Of a stretch of DNA of 64,000 nt, positions 11,358-23,242 are shown piece after piece; position 1 is the stretch's first letter; the number at the start of each line of letters is the position of its first letter. The notes beneath the pieces are model-generated. The model saw only the letters and a program-made list of their open reading frames with translations. It had not been told where the DNA came from and made no database searches. The stretch is taken from assembly GCA_963770565.1 (NCBI GenBank), contig CAVYQE010000010.1, forward strand, positions 128,001 through 192,000, given 5' to 3'. The DNA comes from an uncultured Actinomycetota bacterium (GTDB taxonomy: Bacteria; Actinomycetota; Actinomycetes; JAFAQI01). The translations under genes and the position numbers were made by a program.

Positions 11358-12187
11358 GGCGTCGTCGCGGCACGGCGCGCGCAGTCGTGGCCGGAGCCCT
11401 GACGGCGGCTACGGTCCACGTCGCCTGGGCGGAACTGCAGCGACGAGCCGACGACGAGTCGTCGGCCAGCGATCGATGGATCCGCACCAACTACCGGGAC
11501 CGCCGGGTGAGCATGTTGCTGGGCCCGGCGGTCGGCGTCGGGGCCCTCGCCGGGCTGGCCGCCGCGGTGCCGTCCACCCGCCGGGCGGCGCTGCTGGCGG
11601 TGGCGGGCGCCGCGGTCATCGGCGGATACGACGACCTGTACGGCGACCGGCACGCGCGGGGACTCGGCGGGCACGCCCGGGCCCTGCAACACGGCGAGAT
11701 CACCACCGGCATGGTCAAGTTGGTGACCCTGACCGGCACCGCCGCTATCGCGGCCAAGGTCCGCTACCGAAACCCGGTCGACATCGCGATCGGGACGGCC
11801 CTGGTCGCGGGCGGAGCCAACCTGGTCAACCTGTTCGACCTGCGACCTGGGCGGGCGGTCAAGGTCACCGCCGCGGCCGCCGCGTTGTTGAGCCGGGCCG
11901 GTAGCCGCGAGACCCGAGCGGTCGCCGCGGTCGCGGCCGGTGCCGCGCTGGCGGCCCTGCCGGACGACCTCGGCGAGCGAGCGATGCTGGGGGACTGCGG
12001 CGCCGGGACCCTCGGCGCACTGCTCGGGTGGGCGGCGGGGATGTCCGGCCCGCGCGCCCGGCGGGCGGCGCTGGCGGCCGGCGTCGTCGCACTAACGGTC
12101 GCGAGCGAGCGGGTCAGCTTCACCGACGTCATCGAGCGGCATCGCACGCTCCGCACCCTTGACCTGGTCGGCCGGCAGCGGCCATGA
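11354..12187 (+). CDS. MraY/WecA-like (glycosyl transferase family 4) membrane phosphotransferase
   Basis: GGYDDLYG, ANLVNLFDLRPGRAVK, MLGDCGAGTLG motifs; multi-TM. Confidence 0.7.
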   Translation: MRRRRGTARAVVAGALTAATVHVAWAELQRRADDESSASDRWIRTNYRDRRVSMLLGPAVGVGALAGLAAAVPSTRRAALLAVAGAAVIGGYDDLYGDRHARGLGGHARALQHGEITTGMVKLVTLTGTAAIAAKVRYRNPVDIAIGTALVAGGANLVNLFDLRPGRAVKVTAAAAALLSRAGSRETRAVAAVAAGAALAALPDDLGERAMLGDCGAGTLGALLGWAAGMSGPRARRAALAAGVVALTVASERVSFTDVIERHRTLRTLDLVGRQRP

Positions 12188-13815
12188 GCACGCCGCCAGC
12201 CGCGGCTCGCCCGGCGCCGGCGCCGGACATCGCCCGGGCGGCCGTGATGATCGCGTGCGTCACGATCGGCGCCCGGCTGGCCGGCTTCGCCCGGGTGATC
12301 GTCTTCGCCCGGATCGTCGGACCGAGCTGTCTCGGCGACACGTACTTCACCGCCAACACGGTGCCCAACATCATCTTCGATATCGTCGCCGGCGGCGCGC
12401 TGTCGAGCCTCGTCGTACCGGTCCTCGCCGGGCCGGCCGCGGCGGGCGAGCGAAGCGTCGTTGATCGGACCACCTCGGCGCTGCTGACCTGGGCGGCCAC
12501 GATCCTGGTGCCGATCATGGTGCTCGGCATCCTGATCACCCGCCCGCTGATCCGGGTTCTCGTCGGCAGCGGTCATCCGGGCTGCTCGGCCGCCGCCGAG
12601 GTGGCGGTGGGAGCTCGGATGCTCGAGGTCTTCATGCCGCAGGTCGTGTTGTACGGCGTCGCGGTCGTGCTGATCGGCGTCCTGCAGGCACACCGGCGCT
12701 TCGCCGGCCCGGCCCTCGGGCCACTCATCTCCAGCCTGGTCGTGATCGCGGCGTATGCGGGGTTCGGCATCGTGGCCGCGCACGAGGAGACCCGCTTGGT
12801 GACCCTGACCCACGGTCACGAGCTGATCCTGTCGGTCGGCACGACGCTGGGCGTCGTCGCGCTGGTCCTGACCCTGCTGATCCCGGCCTGGCGAACCGGA
12901 CTGCGGTTGCACCCGACATATCGATTCCCGCCCGGCGTGGCCGGCACGATCCGGGCGATGGCGATCTCAGGCGCGGTCGTGGTGGGGAGCTCCGACCTCG
13001 CAACCGCGGTCGTCCTGCGCCTGACCAACTCCCGTGGCACCGACGGCAGCGTCGTGCTCTACAACCTGGCGTGGACCGTGTTCACCGTGCCCTGGGCGGT
13101 CGCGGCGGTGCCGCTCGCAACGAGCGCGTTCCCGGGGCTTACGGCCAACTGGCAGCGCGGCGACCGGGAGGCGTACTCGACGACGACGGCACGCGCCGCG
13201 CGGGCCATCCTGGTCGTCGTGGCGGCAACTGCGGCGGTGATGGCGGCCGCCGCCGGGCCGGTCGCTCGTGTGGTCGTGCTCGACGCGCCCGGCCACGTCG
13301 CGCCCACGGTGCTCGCCCGCGGTCTCGCCACCCTCGCGCCCGGGTTGCTCGGCTACGCGTTGGTGGCGCTGCTCTCCCGCGCGCTCTACGCCCAGGGCAA
13401 CGCGCGCACCCCGGCGCTCGCCGTACTGGTCGGTTGGATCGTCGCGATCGCCTTCGACATCGTGCTCGCCGTGACCATGCCGGCGAGCTGGACCGTTGCG
13501 GCGGTCGGGATCGGCACCTCGATCGGAGTCACGGTCAGCGGGGTCTGGCTGTTGGTCGCGCTCGAGCGGTCGGCCGGCGCCGCCGCATTGAGCGGGCTGG
13601 CCAGGGCCGGTACGGCGGCGATCACCGGCGGCCTGCTCGGTGCGGGCGGCGGGCTCCTGCTGGCCCGTTCCTTTCCGGCGAAGGGGGTGGCGGCCGACCT
13701 GGCTGTCATCGTCGGCGTCGCCGCCGTCGCCCTCGTCGTACACACCATCGTGGTTGCGACGATCGATCGTCGTACCGTTCGGATGATCGTCGACCGGGGG
13801 CTGCGCCGTGCCTGA
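12184..13815 (+). CDS. MurJ/MviN-like lipid flippase
   Basis: ARLAGFAR, ANTVPNIIFDIVAGGALSS, FMPQVVLYG, TSAFP, RALYA; many TM segments. Confidence 0.85.
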   Translation: MSTPPAAARPAPAPDIARAAVMIACVTIGARLAGFARVIVFARIVGPSCLGDTYFTANTVPNIIFDIVAGGALSSLVVPVLAGPAAAGERSVVDRTTSALLTWAATILVPIMVLGILITRPLIRVLVGSGHPGCSAAAEVAVGARMLEVFMPQVVLYGVAVVLIGVLQAHRRFAGPALGPLISSLVVIAAYAGFGIVAAHEETRLVTLTHGHELILSVGTTLGVVALVLTLLIPAWRTGLRLHPTYRFPPGVAGTIRAMAISGAVVVGSSDLATAVVLRLTNSRGTDGSVVLYNLAWTVFTVPWAVAAVPLATSAFPGLTANWQRGDREAYSTTTARAARAILVVVAATAAVMAAAAGPVARVVVLDAPGHVAPTVLARGLATLAPGLLGYALVALLSRALYAQGNARTPALAVLVGWIVAIAFDIVLAVTMPASWTVAAVGIGTSIGVTVSGVWLLVALERSAGAAALSGLARAGTAAITGGLLGAGGGLLLARSFPAKGVAADLAVIVGVAAVALVVHTIVVATIDRRTVRMIVDRGLRRA

Positions 13816-14944
13816 CGAACCGGGCGAGCCCACCGTCGAGGTCGGCAACCTCCTGCTGGTGCTGGCTCAAAGCGACGGCGGGATCGGCCGCCACGTCCGC
13901 GCGCTCGCCAGTGGGCTTCCGGCCCGCGGGGTCCGGGTGACCGTCTGCGCCCCGCCCGCGACGATTGCCACGCTTGCTCTCGACCAGCTCGACGTGCCGG
14001 TCGTCGCAGCTCCGATCGGTCATCCAGGCCCGGTCGCCCTCCGGGCGGCCCGCCGGGTGCTACGGCGTCTCGCCGAGGACACCGACATCGTCCACGCGCA
14101 CGGGTTGCGCGCCGGTGCGGCCTGCGTCGCCTTCACCCGGAACACGCCACTGGTCGTGACGTGGCACAACGCACCGCTCGGTGGCCGGCCCTGGCGGGCC
14201 GCTCACTCGGGACTCGCCCGCTACGTGGCCGGCTCGACCGACCTCACCCTGGCCGCCTCCGACGATCTCGCCGACGCCGCTCGTGCGGCCGGGGCCTTGC
14301 AGGTCCGATCCGCGTTTGTCGCCGCCCCGCTGCTGCCCGCCCCGCGCCGTGGGCGGATCGAGCTCCGGGCTGAGCTCGGCCTGGCCGACCGGCCGATCGT
14401 CGTCGGCATCGGACGGCTGCACCGGCAGAAGCGCTGGGACGTCCTCGTCGACGCCGCAGCCGGATGGAGCGGCGCGGACTGGGTCGGTTCGGGTCATCCG
14501 CCGTACGTCGTCATCGCCGGCGAGGGCCCGGAGCGGGGCGCGTTGAGCGCGCAGATCGCCACCCGGCAGGCACCAGTGCGCCTGCTCGGCTATCGCAGCG
14601 ATGTGTCCGAGCTGCTCGCCGCGGCCGACGTGGCCGCGCTGCCCAGCGAATGGGAGGCGCGCGCACTGGTCGCCCAGGAAGCCCTCCGGGCCGGCGTACC
14701 GCTGGTGACCACCCGGGCCGGCGGGCTGGCGACATTAGTCAAGGGCGCTGCCGTGATCGTGCCGGTCGGCGACGCCGAAGCGCTCCGGGAGGCGATCGAG
14801 ACGGTGTTGACCGATGACCAGCGCCGCAACGCACTTGTCGCGGCGGGGCTGGCGCGGTCCCGGGGCTGGCCGGACGAGGACGCGGCCCTCGACGAGCTGG
14901 TGGGCAACTACCGCGACCTGCTACGGCGGATCAGCCTCCAATGA
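13808..14944 (+). CDS. GT4 family glycosyltransferase
   Basis: GGIGRHV, HAHGLRAG, TWHN, GRLHRQK, PSEWEARALVAQEALRAGVP. Confidence 0.88.
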   Translation: MPDEPGEPTVEVGNLLLVLAQSDGGIGRHVRALASGLPARGVRVTVCAPPATIATLALDQLDVPVVAAPIGHPGPVALRAARRVLRRLAEDTDIVHAHGLRAGAACVAFTRNTPLVVTWHNAPLGGRPWRAAHSGLARYVAGSTDLTLAASDDLADAARAAGALQVRSAFVAAPLLPAPRRGRIELRAELGLADRPIVVGIGRLHRQKRWDVLVDAAAGWSGADWVGSGHPPYVVIAGEGPERGALSAQIATRQAPVRLLGYRSDVSELLAAADVAALPSEWEARALVAQEALRAGVPLVTTRAGGLATLVKGAAVIVPVGDAEALREAIETVLTDDQRRNALVAAGLARSRGWPDEDAALDELVGNYRDLLRRISLQ

Positions 14945-14999
14945 CCGGCGATCGGAGGATCGCACCGGTGTGGCGGACCCGCCGACCGGCCAGCGGTGT

Positions 15000-16841
<1,842 letters not shown>

Positions 16842-16877
16842 GCGCCGTCACGTCCATGACATCGGCTGGGTAGCGAT

Positions 16878-17540
16878 ATGAGCAGAATCCGTGACGAAGC
16901 CTCCTCGGCGTACCCGGTCCGCCACTCGAGCGTCGAGTTCCGGTCCGGGCGGGTGATCGACGTCCGCACTGACGAGGTCGCGATGCCCGGCGGCACCACC
17001 GCGCTTCGCGACGTGGTCGTCCACCCCGGGGCGGTCGGGGTGATCGCCCTCGACGACGCGGGCCGGGTATTGCTGCTCCAGCAGTATCGGCATCCGGTCC
17101 GGCAGCTGCTCTGGGAGCCGCCGGCCGGGCTGCTGGACGAGCCGGGGGAGGACCCGCTGGCCGCAGCCAAGCGCGAGCTATACGAAGAGGCGCACCTCGA
17201 GGCCGATCGATGGGAAGTCCTGATCGACGCATTCACCTCGCCGGGGATCTCGGACGAGGCGGTCCGGATCTACCTCGCCCGCGACGTCCGGCCGGCGAGC
17301 GGCCCGCGATTCGTCGGCCGGCACGAAGAGGCCGACATGCCGGTTGAGTGGGTTCCGCTGGACGCCGCGGTGCAGGCCGCCCAGAGCGGCCGGCTGCACA
17401 ACCCGCTCGCGGTGATGGGGATCCTGGCCGCCTCGCTGGCGGCGCGTGAGGCATTTGCGGACCTTCGCCCCGCCGATTCCGATTGGCCCGAGGCCTCGAC
17501 CTTCACGGGTTCGGCCGGTCAGCCACCGGCCCCGCACTAA
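16878..17540 (+). CDS. NUDIX hydrolase (ADP-ribose pyrophosphatase-like)
   Basis: HPGAV, QYRHPV, Nudix box PAGLLD...AAKRELYEEA, TSPG. Confidence 0.92.
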   Translation: MSRIRDEASSAYPVRHSSVEFRSGRVIDVRTDEVAMPGGTTALRDVVVHPGAVGVIALDDAGRVLLLQQYRHPVRQLLWEPPAGLLDEPGEDPLAAAKRELYEEAHLEADRWEVLIDAFTSPGISDEAVRIYLARDVRPASGPRFVGRHEEADMPVEWVPLDAAVQAAQSGRLHNPLAVMGILAASLAAREAFADLRPADSDWPEASTFTGSAGQPPAPH

Positions 17541-17603
17541 GATTCCCGACCGGAACGAGTTTCCGCCGGCAACGACGCCGGCGGTCATCGAAAGGTGCAG
17601 GCC

Positions 17604-18719
17604 GTGTTGGTGGGGATTCCCAGTGAGGTCAAGGACAACGAGTTTCGGGTGGCCATCACGCCGTCCGGCGTACACGAGCTCGTGACGCACGGTCATGACG
17701 TCGTCATCGAACGCGGGGCCGGGGTCGGGTCGTCCATCCCGGACGACGACTTCGTTGCGGCCGGCGCAAAGATGCTGCCCACGGCCGACGACGTCTGGGG
17801 CGAAGCGGACCTGATCTGCAAGGTGAAGGAGCCGGTCGGCGAGGAGTACAACCGGATGCGGGCCGACCAGGTGCTGTTCACCTACCTTCATCTCGCCGCC
17901 AGTGAGCCCTGCACGACCGCACTGATCAAGTCGGGCACGACCGCGATCGCCTACGAGACCGTCCAGCTGGCCGACGGATCACTGCCGTTGCTAGCGCCGA
18001 TGAGCGAAGTGGCCGGCCGGATGGCGCCGCAGGTCGGTGCGCACCACCTCCAGCGCGACGGGGGCGGTCGGGGCGTCCTGATGGGGGGAGTGTCCGGCAC
18101 GTACGCCGCCAAGGTCGTCGTCCTCGGCGCCGGAGTGTCCGGTATGAACGCCGCGGCGATCGCCCTCGGCATGCAAGCCGAGGTCCTCGTGCTCGATCGC
18201 AACATCGAGAAGCTCCGGCAGGCCGACCGGATCTATCAAGGCCACCTGCAGACCGTTGCGTCCAACGCCTACGAGGTCGAGCGGGCCTGCATCGACGCCG
18301 ACCTGGTGATCGGCGCCGTACTGGTCGCCGGCGCCAAGGCCCCGACCCTGGTCAGCGACGAGCTCGTGGCGCGGATGAAGCCGGGCGCGGTGCTCGTCGA
18401 CATCGCCGTCGACCAGGGTGGTTGCTTCGAGTCGACCCGGCCGACGACCCACTCGAACCCGACCTTCAAGGTCCACGACGCGGTCTTCTACTGCGTGGCG
18501 AACATGCCCGGTGCGGTGCCGCACACCTCGACCTACGCCTTGACGAACGTGACCTTGCCCTACGTCGAGCGGATCGCCGGGCTGGGCTGGCAGGAGGCGG
18601 TCCGGCGCGACCCGGCGCTGGCGGCCGGGGTCAACGTGGTCAACGGCGACGTGGTCTGCGAGCCGGTGGCCGAGGCGCATGGCCTGGTCTATCGGCCGCT
18701 GGCCGAGGTGCTCGCCTGA
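17604..18719 (+). CDS. ald: alanine dehydrogenase
   Basis: [51 protein letters not shown]; RBS AAAGGT upstream. Confidence 0.97.
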   Translation: MLVGIPSEVKDNEFRVAITPSGVHELVTHGHDVVIERGAGVGSSIPDDDFVAAGAKMLPTADDVWGEADLICKVKEPVGEEYNRMRADQVLFTYLHLAASEPCTTALIKSGTTAIAYETVQLADGSLPLLAPMSEVAGRMAPQVGAHHLQRDGGGRGVLMGGVSGTYAAKVVVLGAGVSGMNAAAIALGMQAEVLVLDRNIEKLRQADRIYQGHLQTVASNAYEVERACIDADLVIGAVLVAGAKAPTLVSDELVARMKPGAVLVDIAVDQGGCFESTRPTTHSNPTFKVHDAVFYCVANMPGAVPHTSTYALTNVTLPYVERIAGLGWQEAVRRDPALAAGVNVVNGDVVCEPVAEAHGLVYRPLAEVLA

Positions 18720-18751
18720 CCAGCGCTCGGGACGCCGCCGCGGTCGATCGG

Positions 18752-19672
18752 GTGATCCGTGGCTACCTGGACCATCTCGCGGTCGAGCGGGGGTTGAGTC
18801 AAAACACACTGAATTCGTATCGTCGCGATCTTCGGAGGTATACCGACTACCTCGCATCGAGCGGGGTCGAGCGGATCGACGAGGTGTCCGAGTCGGAGGT
18901 GAACGGCTTTGTCGCCTCGCTCCGGAGCGGGTCTCCCGATCACCCGCCGCTACGGGCCTCCTCGGCCGCCCGAGCGGTCGTTGCGGTTCGCGGTCTGCAT
19001 CGGTTCGCCTTGCGCGAGGGGCTGTGCCCGACCGACCCGGCGGCGGCGGTGCGGCCGCCGACCCCGCCCCGCCGGCTGCCGCGGGCCCTTCCGCTCGACG
19101 ACGTGCTGGCCATGATCGAGGCAGCGGGCTTCGACGGAACCCCGAAGGCGCTGCGGGACCAGGCGCTGCTCGAGTTCCTGTACGGCACCGGCGCGCGGGT
19201 CGGCGAGGCGGTCGCGCTCGACGTCGACGATCTCGACCTCGATCGGGGGACGGTTCTGCTGCACGGAAAGGGCGGCAAGGACCGGGTCGTGCCGGTCGGT
19301 GGCTTTGCCCGCACGGCGGTCTCGGCCTACCTGGTCCGCGGCCGCCCCGCGTTCGCGACCGCAGGCCCGGCCGGGCGTGGAGCGAGTCCCGGGTTGTTCC
19401 TCAATTCCCGCGGCGGCCGGCTCTCGCGGCAGAGCGCCTGGACGATCCTGCGCACGAGCGCCGAGCGGGCGGGCCTGCGGGTGCAGGTCGGGCCGCACAC
19501 CCTGCGGCACTCCTTCGCGACCCATCTGCTCGACGGCGGAGCCGACGTACGGGTCGTTCAGGAGCTGCTCGGGCACGCGTCGGTGACCACTACGCAGGTC
19601 TACACGCTGGTCACGGTCGACCGGTTGCGCGAGGTCTACACGACCTCGCATCCGCGGGCGCGATCGAGCTGA
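18752..19672 (+). CDS. xerD: tyrosine recombinase XerD
   Basis: [53 protein letters not shown]; conserved NUDIX-ald-xerD-parA context; start may be up to 18716. Confidence 0.93.
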   Translation: MIRGYLDHLAVERGLSQNTLNSYRRDLRRYTDYLASSGVERIDEVSESEVNGFVASLRSGSPDHPPLRASSAARAVVAVRGLHRFALREGLCPTDPAAAVRPPTPPRRLPRALPLDDVLAMIEAAGFDGTPKALRDQALLEFLYGTGARVGEAVALDVDDLDLDRGTVLLHGKGGKDRVVPVGGFARTAVSAYLVRGRPAFATAGPAGRGASPGLFLNSRGGRLSRQSAWTILRTSAERAGLRVQVGPHTLRHSFATHLLDGGADVRVVQELLGHASVTTTQVYTLVTVDRLREVYTTSHPRARSS

Positions 19673-19799
19673 TTCACGCTCGATTTCCCGCTGCCGGTTG
19701 CCAAACCGGGCCGGTCGGCACTACGTTTCCGACTCGCCGCAACAACTAGCTTCAGCGAGAAGTCGCGGAATCATTGTGGCGCTTTCTCGAGAGGACGAT

Positions 19800-20672
19800 A
19801 TGTCGACAACTGCCGAGCGGACCCGGGCGCCGCGCGAGATCGGTCCGACCGGGCGGCCGCGTCCCCGACTGCGCGATCCCAAGCCGCTGCACGAGCACGG
19901 CCCGGCAAAGATCATCGCGCTGTGCAACCAGAAGGGCGGGGTCGGCAAGACGACGACCGCGATCAACCTCGGCGCGGCCCTCACCGAGTTCGGCCGCCGG
20001 GTGTTGCTGGTCGACTTCGACCCGCAGGGCGCCCTGTCCGTCGGACTCGGGGTCAATCCGCACGAGCTTGACCTGACGATCTACAACGCGCTGATGGAAC
20101 GCAACGTCAGCGCCGACGACATCCTGATCAAGACCAACAGCGGGATGGATCTGCTGCCCAGCAACATCGACCTGTCTGCCGCCGAGGTCCAGCTGGTCGG
20201 GGAGGTCGCTCGCGAGCAGTCGCTGAAGCGGGTGCTCGCGCCGATGGTCGAGGACTACGACGTCATGCTGATCGACTGCCAGCCGTCACTGGGGTTGCTG
20301 ACGATCAACGCCCTGACCGCGGCGGACGGCGTAATCATCCCGTTGGAGTGTGAATACTTTTCGCTCCGGGGCGTCGCACTGTTAATCCAAACTATAGAGA
20401 AGGTCAGCGAGCGGCTTAACCCTCAACTTCAACTTGAGGGGATTCTGGCCACCATGTACGACGCGCGCACCCTGCATGGCCGCGAGGTGCTCAGCCGGGT
20501 CGTCCAGGCGTTCGGTCCCAAGGTCTTCCACACTGTGGTCAATCGAACCGTCCGCTTCCCCGAGACGACTGTCGCGGGGGAGCCGATCACCACGTTCGCC
20601 TCGTCCTCACCGGGCGCGGCCGCCTACCGCGACCTGGCCCGAGAGGTGGTGGCGCGATGCCTCGCCGGGTGA
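19800..20672 (+). CDS. ParA/Soj-family ATPase (non-origin paralogue)
   Basis: NQKGGVGKTT, DFDPQG, DCQPSLG, RTVRFPET. Confidence 0.93.
   Translation: MSTTAERTRAPREIGPTGRPRPRLRDPKPLHEHGPAKIIALCNQKGGVGKTTTAINLGAALTEFGRRVLLVDFDPQGALSVGLGVNPHELDLTIYNALMERNVSADDILIKTNSGMDLLPSNIDLSAAEVQLVGEVAREQSLKRVLAPMVEDYDVMLIDCQPSLGLLTINALTAADGVIIPLECEYFSLRGVALLIQTIEKVSERLNPQLQLEGILATMYDARTLHGREVLSRVVQAFGPKVFHTVVNRTVRFPETTVAGEPITTFASSSPGAAAYRDLAREVVARCLAG
20422..20438. promoter_or_regulatory. 17-bp palindromic motif CTCAAC-TTCAA-CTTGAG inside the parA-like gene
   Basis: Read directly; in an AT-rich patch; same geometry as the other copies. Confidence 0.6.
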
Positions 20673-21037
20673 TCCTTCCGGGCGCCGACGAGCTGTTCCG
20701 CTCGACCGGCTCGGTGCAGCGCGCGCACGAGACCGATGGGCCGGAGCCGGCATCGGCGGGCGCAGGCGCGGTGTCCACCGAGGCACCGGCCCGCACGACC
20801 AGGCCGTCCGGGCCGCGCCATCCGAGCGGGCGGCAGCGCCACGAGGAGAAGATCACGGTCTACGTCTCGCCGAGCGAGCTGGTCGACCTCGAGCACGCCC
20901 GCCTGGTGCTTCGGGCCGACCATTCGCTGGCGGTCGACCGGGGCCGGATCGTGCGCGAGGCCCTCGCCGTCGTCCTGGCCGATCTCGAGTCGAAGGGCGA
21001 ACAAAGCATCTTGGTCCGCCGGCTCCGGGCCCGCTGA
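20657..21037 (+). CDS. small ParA-associated protein, possible ribbon-helix-helix DNA binder
   Basis: LPGADELF N-terminus, disordered linker, HEEKITVYVS...VDRGRIVREA C-terminal domain; overlaps parA stop. Confidence 0.7.
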   Translation: MPRRVILPGADELFRSTGSVQRAHETDGPEPASAGAGAVSTEAPARTTRPSGPRHPSGRQRHEEKITVYVSPSELVDLEHARLVLRADHSLAVDRGRIVREALAVVLADLESKGEQSILVRRLRAR

Positions 21038-21064
21038 CGTCCCGGGCAACGGGACGCGCTCGCC

Positions 21065-21721
21065 ATGCTCTTTGCGTTACGTCAACCTGCGACCCTGCTC
21101 GGCCTTGTCCTGGGCTTCGGGATCGGCAGTTTCCTGCGGGTGGGGGCGCAGCAGCTCTATCTCGGCGGGCGCCGGGCGGCCCGGTCGGTCCGGTCCAGCC
21201 GGATCTGGCTCGACCCCTTCGGTCTGGTCGCCGCCCTGTTGGCGGGCCCCGGTTGGTCGACCCGACCGACCTTGCGGCACGGCAAGTCCGGCCAGGTCTG
21301 GACGGTAGTGGTGATCGCGGTCGCGGTACACGCCGTACTGGCTGCGATCGGTCTGGCGGGATACCTCGCGGCCGGCGGCGTACGGCTGGCCTTTCCGTTC
21401 ATCTCGACCATCAGCGTGCTGCACGGCACCCAGGGCATCGCGTCGAGCTTCGGCCAGCGGGTCGCCCTCGGGTTCGGCGTGGAGAACCTGGCCTGCGGGC
21501 TGCTCGCCCTGGTGCCCATCCCGCCGCTTGAGCTCGGCGTCGCGCTGTGGTCGACGCTTCCGCGCAGCCCGGGCTCGCGTCGGCTGGCCTACCGGGTGCT
21601 CGAGGAGCAGTGGGGGATCGTCGTGTTGCTGGTGTTGCTCGTGATACCGCTGGCCGGGGAGTCGCCGGCCCTCCTGCAACTGGTGGGCGGAGTCGGCGAC
21701 CGGATACTGCACGCGCTCTGA
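21065..21721 (+). CDS. site-2 protease (M50)-like membrane protein, apparently lacking catalytic motifs
   Basis: LDPFG, GPGW and LVPIPPLE resemble M50 motifs but no HExxH. Confidence 0.6.
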   Translation: MLFALRQPATLLGLVLGFGIGSFLRVGAQQLYLGGRRAARSVRSSRIWLDPFGLVAALLAGPGWSTRPTLRHGKSGQVWTVVVIAVAVHAVLAAIGLAGYLAAGGVRLAFPFISTISVLHGTQGIASSFGQRVALGFGVENLACGLLALVPIPPLELGVALWSTLPRSPGSRRLAYRVLEEQWGIVVLLVLLVIPLAGESPALLQLVGGVGDRILHAL

Positions 21722-21792
21722 ACCGGGCTGAGCCGGCCGGGAGTGCGGCGAGCCGACCCGGCCAGGCAGCGGGCCTGGGCTACCGTCGAGCG

Positions 21793-22656
21793 GTGCTCCT
21801 CACTGACGATCCGGCCACGCCCGGCGGCCCCGTACCGGCGGATGACGAGTCGACGTCGCGCGCAGCGTTCCACGTCCATCTGGACGTGTTCGACGGGCCG
21901 TTCGACCTGCTGCTGAGCCTGATCGCCAAGCGACGGCTGGACGTCACGCTGGTCGCGATTGCACAGGTCACCGACGACTTCCTGGCTCACCTCCGGCTTC
22001 GACCCGATGACTGGGATCTCGACCAGGCGAGTGAGTTCCTGGTCGTGGCCGCCACCCTGCTTGATCTGAAGGTAGCCCGGTTGCTGCCCTCGGCCGAGGT
22101 CGACGAGGAGGACCTCGCGCTGCTGGAGGCACGGGATCTCCTGTTCGCCCGCCTGCTGCAGTACCGCGCCTACAAGCAGGTCGCCGGGTGGTTCGTCGAG
22201 ATGCTGGAGTCGGCCGGTCGCCGCTACCCCCGGACCGCCGGACTGGAAGCCGCCTTCCTGGCGCTGCTGCCCGATGTCGAGCTCGGGGTCGACGCCGAAG
22301 AATTCGCCTCCCTCGCGGCTCGCGCATCGGCGCCCCGGCCGCTGCCGGTCGTCGATGTCGCGCACATCCACGCTCCGGTGGTCAGCGTGCAGGAGCAGGC
22401 CGCGATCATGGCGACCCGGCTTCGACAGATCGGCGCCGGGACGTTCCGGTCCCTGACATCGGACTGCGTCGACACGATGGTTGTGGTGGTTCGCTTTCTG
22501 GCCCTCCTCGAGCTCTATCGCGAGGGCGCAGTCGCGTTCGATCAACTCGTGCCCTTCGGTGAGCTGCATGTTCGCTGGGTCGCCGGCGACGACGTCACCT
22601 CGCTCGTCACCTCGGACGTCGACGAGTCCTACGACACGGTGGCGACCGATGACTGA
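21793..22656 (+). CDS. scpA: segregation and condensation protein A
   Basis: FDGPFDLLLSLI, EFLVVAATLLDLK, RFLALLELY; TACCGT at 21781 suggests leaderless GTG start. Confidence 0.93.
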   Translation: MLLTDDPATPGGPVPADDESTSRAAFHVHLDVFDGPFDLLLSLIAKRRLDVTLVAIAQVTDDFLAHLRLRPDDWDLDQASEFLVVAATLLDLKVARLLPSAEVDEEDLALLEARDLLFARLLQYRAYKQVAGWFVEMLESAGRRYPRTAGLEAAFLALLPDVELGVDAEEFASLAARASAPRPLPVVDVAHIHAPVVSVQEQAAIMATRLRQIGAGTFRSLTSDCVDTMVVVVRFLALLELYREGAVAFDQLVPFGELHVRWVAGDDVTSLVTSDVDESYDTVATDD

Positions 22657-23242
22657 CGACCTGATCGTGGTGCCTGACGACAACGAACCGGTGATCCTGC
22701 CCGATCTCCGGGCCGGCCTGGAAGCGGTGCTGCTCGTCATCGAGGAACCGGTCGACGAAGTGACCCTCGCCCAAGTGGTCGAACGGCCGCGCGAGGAGGT
22801 CCGCGCGATGCTCCAGGAGCTTGCCGCCGACTACGACGCGACCGGGCGAGGCTTCGAACTACGCGAGGTAGCGGGCGGCTGGCGGCTCTATACCCGCGCC
22901 TCGTGCGCGCCGTACGTCGAACGGTTCGTCCGCGAAGGACACAACGCCCGGATCAGCCAGGCAGCGCTCGAGACCCTCGCGGTCGTGGCCTACCGACAGC
23001 CGACGACCCGCTCGCGGATCGCCGCGGTCCGCGGGGTCAACGTCGATGCGGTCATGCGCACGTTGGTTACCCGCGGCCTCATCGCCGAGGTCGGCATCGA
23101 ACGCGAGTCCGGTGCGATCCTGTACGCCACTACCGATCACTTCCTCGATCGGCTCGGCCTGGCCTCGCTCGAGGACCTGCCCGAGATCGCCCTCTACCTG
23201 CCGGATCACTCCGCACTTGACGACGATGCCGCCACTGGCTGA
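22649..23242 (+). CDS. scpB: SMC-Scp complex subunit ScpB
   Basis: LEAVLLV, GFELREVAGGWR, SQAALETLAVVAYRQP, FLDRLGLASLEDLP. Confidence 0.95.
   Translation: MTDDLIVVPDDNEPVILPDLRAGLEAVLLVIEEPVDEVTLAQVVERPREEVRAMLQELAADYDATGRGFELREVAGGWRLYTRASCAPYVERFVREGHNARISQAALETLAVVAYRQPTTRSRIAAVRGVNVDAVMRTLVTRGLIAEVGIERESGAILYATTDHFLDRLGLASLEDLPEIALYLPDHSALDDDAATG

Noticed and set aside
18752-19672. Tyrosine recombinase as a phage or island integrase
   Set aside because: Sequence and context match housekeeping XerD; no att sites or mobile cargo
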